Source of the DNA: Octopus vulgaris
Taxonomy: Eukaryota
Assembly (NCBI GenBank): GCA_951406725.2
Contig: OX597829.1
Coordinates: 54,808,001 to 54,872,000, forward strand
Length of the DNA stretch: 64,000 nt
Reading direction: 5' to 3'
Numbering within the stretch: position 1 is the stretch's first letter; every line of letters begins with the position of its first letter. Of the stretch, positions 58,094-64,000 are shown piece after piece. Position numbers and translations under genes: made by a program. The notes under the pieces were generated by a model. It did not search any database and was not told where the DNA came from. It saw only the letters and a list, made by a program, of their open reading frames with translations.

Positions 58094-58528
58094 AAAAGAA
58101 AAATTGTTTACTTGTTAGAAAAGCTTTCAGTCACTCTACAGTTTGTCTCTCATATTCACCTTCTACTGTTGGGTGACCTACAAATAACAAAAGTAGATTT
58201 GGGTCTCTAGTTGTTGGAGCTTGCTAATTTTTACAACACCTCCACCTGAATGCTGTCATTGTACTCCTCCTTTATCTTTCTGTTTTTCACCCTCACCCTT
58301 TTCTCGGGCTATTCTATTGTATTTTCTATAACATACTCACACAATTTCCTCTCTTGATCTGTTTTCTTTTGAGGCTCTCACCAGCCACACCTCAAAGTGA
58401 GCATTATCACATTAATGTCAGCCACTTATTTCTTTCTCTAGTTTTCATGGGTGTAACAACACAATTATTACTACTACCCCACCCTCTGCAGCCTTTGAAT
58501 TTTCTTTCCAAAAGAATTTTTCAACACA

Positions 58529-58590
<62 letters not shown>

Positions 58591-59863
58591 TCATCATTGT
58601 TTAACGTCCGTTGGATGGTTCGACCAGGGTCTGGGAAGCCAGGAGGCTGCACCAGACTCCAGTCTGATCTGGCAGTTTTTCTACAGCTGGATGCCCTTCC
58701 TAACACCAACCTTTCCATGAGTGTAGTGGGTGTTTTTTACTACCCACCGGCACAGGTGCCAGGGGAGGCTAGCAACAACCACGATCGGTTGGTGGTTTTT
58801 ACGTGCCACCGACACGGAAGCCAGTCAAGGCAGTGCTGGCATCAGCCATGTACGGATGGTGCTTTTTAGGTGCCAGGGTAGGCTAGCAACGGCCACCAAT
58901 GGTTGGTGCTTTTTACGTGCCACTGGCACGGAAGCCAGTCAAGGCAGCGCTAGCGCTGGCATCAGCCACGTACAGATGGTGCTTTTTACATGCCACCAGC
59001 ACAGGTGCTGGGGGAGGCTGGCAATGGCCACGATCAGTTGGTGCTTTTTACGTGCATGCTATTATTTATAACTTTATGTGTGTGCTTCAAGACCCACTGT
59101 TCCAAAAAAGAATTATTTTAAAAGAATGTTTAGCTTTTATAATTCATTGATGTGTACAATAAAGGAAACCCAGACACAGCTTATATTTGTTGTGAGGTTT
59201 TGTCTTGTGAGTTCCGAGGTGACCTTACCAATGTTGGTGCCACATAAAATGCACCCAGTACAATCTGTAAAGTCATTGGGGTTAGGAAGGGTAACCAGCC
59301 ATAGAAACAATGGACAGTTGAACAGTCCTTCAAAGTCTTCTGCCTTGCTAGCTCCTGTCAAACCACCTAACCCATACCAGCATGGAAAACAGACATTAAA
59401 TTATGATGATGATGATGATGATGATGATGGTGATGGTTGTATGCATGTTCAGTTCATTTCAAGATTTCTTGCCAATAGAGAAAGAGTCGGTTTCTAACCT
59501 AGATCCAAGGCTCCTTCATTAGAATTTCAACATCAACAACAGGGTGTTTTTGTTTGTATGTATGTATGTATGTATGCATGCATATGTATGTATGTATAAC
59601 TATGTATAACTATGTATGTGCGTGCAAATTTGTATGTTTTATATAAGTATTCTCATGCATATTGTTGCGTATCTAGACATGCTCATTGATGGAGATAGAT
59701 GTATGTATGTATGTGTGTATTTGTTCTAAAAAAGAATTATTTCACATTCTCCCGAAAGTTTATGAATTCCCTTTTTGTTTCAAATATATAAAGTTATTGA
59801 AAATTATATTGTGTTTCTTCCATTCCATTTATCCATTTTTGTTTTGTCTCTTTTATTCTGAAG

Positions 59864-59943
59864 GAGCTGATGCTATAGTAATGCATAGCAAAAAGAGTGA
59901 TCCTTCAGACATTGAATCGTTTATGAAAGCTTGGAACAATCAG
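59864..59943 (+). CDS. pepM: PEP mutase exon [27 protein letters not shown]
   Basis: Pyrimidine tract with AAG acceptor, CAG|GTAAGA donor, 80 nt (phase 1 to 0). Contains the catalytic His in MHS. Confidence 0.96.
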
Positions 59944-61095
59944 GTAAGATATTTGTTTTTATAAATATTGTTGGTTACCTACAGCCAGTCTTTTGAAAAC
60001 CTGGAGATGATATAAGTAGATTTTGGTCTCTCTCTATGTCAATGGATTACACTTCCTTAATAATGTTCCTTAGATGCTATTAAACAAGAATTCTTTAAAA
60101 TTCCTCTTAGCATTTAAGAAGATAATTAAAAGCTACTTATAAAATTTACCTTGCAATGATGTTTGAAGTATTTGTTCTTTTAACAGGAATAATTGAAGTT
60201 ATTTAATCATTCATAGCTTAAGAGTCTCACCATCCATACAGTGTTAAGAAAGAAATGAATTGTGAAAAGCATCAAAACAGGTCTAAAACAATCTGCACTA
60301 CTAATGTCTAAACTTATACAGCAGAAAATTAATTACCTGAAAAATAATGGTAATCTCTTGTAGTCCAAGGAAGATGGTTCTGCATTTTCTTGCTGACCAA
60401 CCTCCACTAATGTTTGGTTTATTGTGATAAAATGTTTGAGATGAATAATTGATTCATTACTTTCATCAAATTGGTGTTGCCTGTACAGGTGCACAGGTGT
60501 ACCACACGTCAGGTGTTGAAGTGGTTGTGGAGCAATGTGAGATGAAGTGTTTTGCTCAAGAACATAATGTACTGCTTGTTCTTGGAATCAAACTCACACT
60601 CTTGCAATCTTGAATGCAGCACACTAACCACTAGGCCACATTCACCCCCTACAAAAAAATACATTGCTATTTAGCAGCTACTGAGCAAATTATTTAAGTC
60701 TCACAACTTTCAAGTAAGAATAGAGCTAACTTCCATTATGCCTCAACCTTCCTGCAAGTGATTGACTGAAAAAAATTCAGAACTGCATCTGCAACAACCA
60801 GTCTGTATCCAAAAGGTCTTGCATTGGAGAATCTGGGAAACCACTAAAGACAAGTGTGAATGGAGGAACATCTAGATCAGGAATGGTTGAACGATTAATT
60901 TGCTGAAGTAGAAAATCTATAAATCTATGGAAGGAAAATCCATGCTTGATTCAGAACCACAGTGGAAACTTAGAAAGATAGAAGAAGCAGTGTACAGCTT
61001 GTTGAAAAGCCACCCTTTAAGGCTAGCACATATATCACTTCAACATGATTTCATGTACTGAAAAAAAATAATTTTTTTAAATGTCACATTAATTA

Positions 61096-61296
61096 CAAGG
61101 GGGTGCCGAAAGTTCCTGGTTTTGGGTAAAAGAAAATACAGGAATATCTGTTAATTATGATTCTATTCAACAAATTCCCCTCTCAGATTCACACACTGCA
61201 GTGGTCCTTCAGTTTTTCTAAATCCCTGTAAAAGAACTCAGAAGCCAGGCTTTTCGCGAGACCCTCAAAGCTAGGAACTTTTCAGCACCCCCCTTG
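61096..61296. mobile_element. 201-bp mariner-type MITE with TA target duplication
   Basis: TA-CAAGGGGGTGCCGAAAGTTCCT at the start and AGGAACTTTTCAGCACCCCCCTTG-TA at the end. Confidence 0.85.
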
Positions 61297-63339
61297 TATA
61301 CATGCAAAAGTGACATAGTGGATAAGAGGGTTACCTATCTTTTGTTTAGAAATACAGATTCTGAGAACAATCCAATGTGGTACTATTAAACTCATTCAGA
61401 AATAATTCACCAGATCACAGTCAAAGATCTAACTGATGAAAACATTGTTTAGATACAAATATTAAAACATATTTTCTTCACCTCTAAACATGAAGTTAAC
61501 GGTCTGGAAAATTATAATTGCATTTACAATCCATCTTAGACATTTAGACATTATTCTTACAACTTTCTTTAATATGGCTGTTTCAGAGACTTGTTTACCT
61601 CTCCACCACCACCACCACCACCACCCTTCTGTTATGTAATCATTATCAAATAAAGGTACTCAGAAATTTATTGGGACATTTTCTATTCTTAAATTAACTG
61701 AAACCCAGCATAGGGAAGATCTGAGATATTGATTAAATTGGTTTGATCATAATTTGTAATTTGATCAGTATCATTTGCAATAATTTTTTTTCTTTTTGAA
61801 AAATGCTATGTTGAATGTTGTAAACAAAGTGATTATCAAGAGTTTGGTTAATGGAAAGTCTTTCAGTGATATTTGTTTCATCTTCATCACTTCTTGTGTT
61901 TTATCAGTGTCCAGAATAGTGTCCATAATATCCAGAGTACCAATTCTTTGGCAATAGATTCTGTGGCACTTATCCTGTAAAATCCTGTAAAATCATTATT
62001 TCCATTTTCACTTGTGGACTCGTTCAAACATCAAGGCAGGCCACAATTACGCCAGCCTGTCTTTAGCTGTGATGCTTCTTCCATCTTAGCAAAGAACCAA
62101 AGAACAGCTTTTATGTTCAATTTCTTGATAAATGTCATTTCAAACGTGTCACCGTTCACCACATCTAACATATGTGTGATGTGAAAGAGGAAAAAGATGG
62201 AAGCAAAGAGAGAATTGTGGTAGTCTTACCTGTCGGTCTGAAGAGGGTCACTCACAATGTCCATGTGCTCCATCCGCTGCCATACCATCTAATGTGGCTG
62301 CTTTCATGTGCCGTCTGTCACCAGCTGGCTGCTTGTGCCTTGCAGACCCCGCATGCCCACCATGCCCCTTCCAGTGGGACCCACAGACCCAACTTCTGAC
62401 AGGACATGCATACTCCTGCACTTCTGGTCCTTCCCTACAACACAGTCTGGTTCATAACACCCCCCCCCCCCGAGATGAAAATCATTCAACCAACCTGCCC
62501 ACGCTCTCTCCTCAACCCTGACCACATGCCTTAACTTGTTTCATCATCAGCCAACAAGCGAAGAAGGCACTGCTTCCTCTGTAACCATCTTGGGACTTCA
62601 GGACTGGCCTCAGTTCCTGGCATGTTGCTGCTGGCTTCGTCCTCTTGTCCATTACTGTTGGCACCATCCTCTGTCACAGTGACAATCCTGCACACATCCA
62701 AAACATCCAAAACATCATATGGCATGCCATTTCATGAAAAGTGAGGAATATTTAGTTTTGAGAAAATGCAATAATTCTTGGTCTTAGGTACCAGCATTTT
62801 TCTTATACGTGATTTCAGCTTTGGTTGTCCAAAAGAAAAAGATTTTGCAGTCTGCTGGCAGACCTACAGAAGTGTAGCATGCTCTGGCTTCTAGCACAAA
62901 AAATTTTCAAAACCATTCTAGAATAATATTTTTATTTGCATGGTATGTTACTGAGTAACCATTGACAGGCAAATATGTGTGTGTGTATGTGAGAGAGAGA
63001 GAGAGAGAGAGAGAGAAAAAAAGAGTGTTTATCTTTGTGCATAATGAAGATGATGATGACTATTATTGTTATTATTATTATTATTTGTTGTTGTTGTTAT
63101 TAAGGCGGTGAATTGCCAGAATCATTAGTACATTGGGCAAAATGCTTAGCAGCATTTCATCCATCTTTAAATTCTGAGTTCACATTCCGCTGACGTTCAT
63201 TTTACCTTTCATCCTTTTGGGGTCAATGAAATAAGTACCAGTTGAGTACTGGGGTCAATGCACTCAACTATCCTCCTCCCCAAAATTTCAGGCCTTATGC
63301 CTAGAGAAGAAAAGATTGTTGTTGTTGTTGTTGTTTACT

Positions 63340-63575
63340 TTTAATCTGCATGTTTGTTACAACCACTTGCTGAGACACACCCAGCATCCTGGGGCAAGTG
63401 AAGGATAAGAGATGTTACAGTATGACTGAAAGCTTGGGGAAGGGAGGTAGCGAAATATCTTCATGTAATACAACACAGACATTTAAGTGGATAGGGTTTG
63501 TCAGCACAATCTTTTGAATTTCTCTGAGACATGGTTCTCCTGGTATCTTTTCTAGATGTTTCTGATATCCCCGTG
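63340..63575 (-). mobile_element. Dong/R4-like LINE extreme 3' stub
   Basis: YQKHLEKIPGEPCLREIQKIVL resembles the RLE-LINE C-terminus. Lies between (CAA)n-type triplet tracts. Confidence 0.5.
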
Positions 63576-63990
63576 CTTGTTGTTGTTGTTGTTGTTTATT
63601 ATTAAGGCAGTCAGCTGGCAGAATCATTAGCATACTGGGCAGAATGCTTACTGGCATTTCATCCACCTTAATGTTCTCGGTTCAAATTCTGCTGGGGTCG
63701 ACTTTGCCTTTCATCTTTTCAGGGTCAATAAAATAAGTACCAGTTGTGTACTGGGGTCGATGTAATCAACTTAACTCCTTCCCTAAAATTTCTGACCTTG
63801 TGCCAAAATTTGAAATCATTAAAAAAATTTTTTTTTTTTTTTCACTAAACCATTTAAATATTTGAATTTTCAGAGTTTACTTTTTATGCAATTAAGGAAA
63901 TCCAAATCTTTATTGAAAACCTATTGCAATAATCTTATGATCTTCTTACAGTTAACGTTATGTTTCTAATTTATATATTTACTTAATTAG

Positions 63991-64000
63991 GCTCCTGTGA
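63991..64000 (+). CDS. pepM: PEP mutase next exon, first codons APV, cut by the window edge
   Basis: CTAAT branch-like motif and TTAG acceptor, then GCT CCT GTG in phase 0. The expected continuation is (G/A)PVVIVPTKY. Only 10 nt are visible. Confidence 0.75.

Noticed and set aside
58015-59055. CRISPR-like arrays (16-bp tandem, and repeated GGTGCTTTTTACGTGCCAC units at 58720-59055)
   Set aside because: There are no unique spacers and no cas genes. They are a minisatellite and the internal repeats of family D elements.
62160-62730. GC-richer patch with short ORFs on both strands
   Set aside because: No recognisable motif or consistent splice sites. It is probably a decayed transposon fragment and could not be assigned.
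36235-64000. PEP mutase as a bacterial contaminant, recent horizontal transfer or phosphonate gene cluster
   Set aside because: The gene has spliceosomal introns full of host repeats and closely resembles the mussel enzyme. No other pathway gene is visible in the window.

Overview
AT-rich, repeat-dense eukaryotic DNA. The SINE families and the (TA)n/(CA)n load suggest an octopus or other cephalopod, which is an inference. One host gene is visible: a + strand, intron-rich phosphoenolpyruvate (phospho)mutase, the C-P bond-forming enzyme of phosphonate biosynthesis. Seven coding exons (14955-15022, 36235-36331, 45062-45274, 47388-47488, 50414-50531, 59864-59943, 63991->64000) splice in frame with GT-AG boundaries and carry the EDKxxxxxNS signature. 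The gene runs off the right edge and probably off the left edge. The introns hold tRNA-derived SINEs, decayed RTE, CR1/L2-like and Dong/R4 LINEs, Tc1/mariner and Tigger relics, a Helitron and a Helentron-like element. The most unusual structures sit in or beside (TA)n tracts. These are fold-back Penelope-like elements with minimal type I hammerhead ribozymes, a young non-L1 LINE with a twin-priming 5' inversion, and a LINE 3' stub sharing its tail with an abundant SINE. The long IYIY/HTHT ORFs are microsatellite artefacts.
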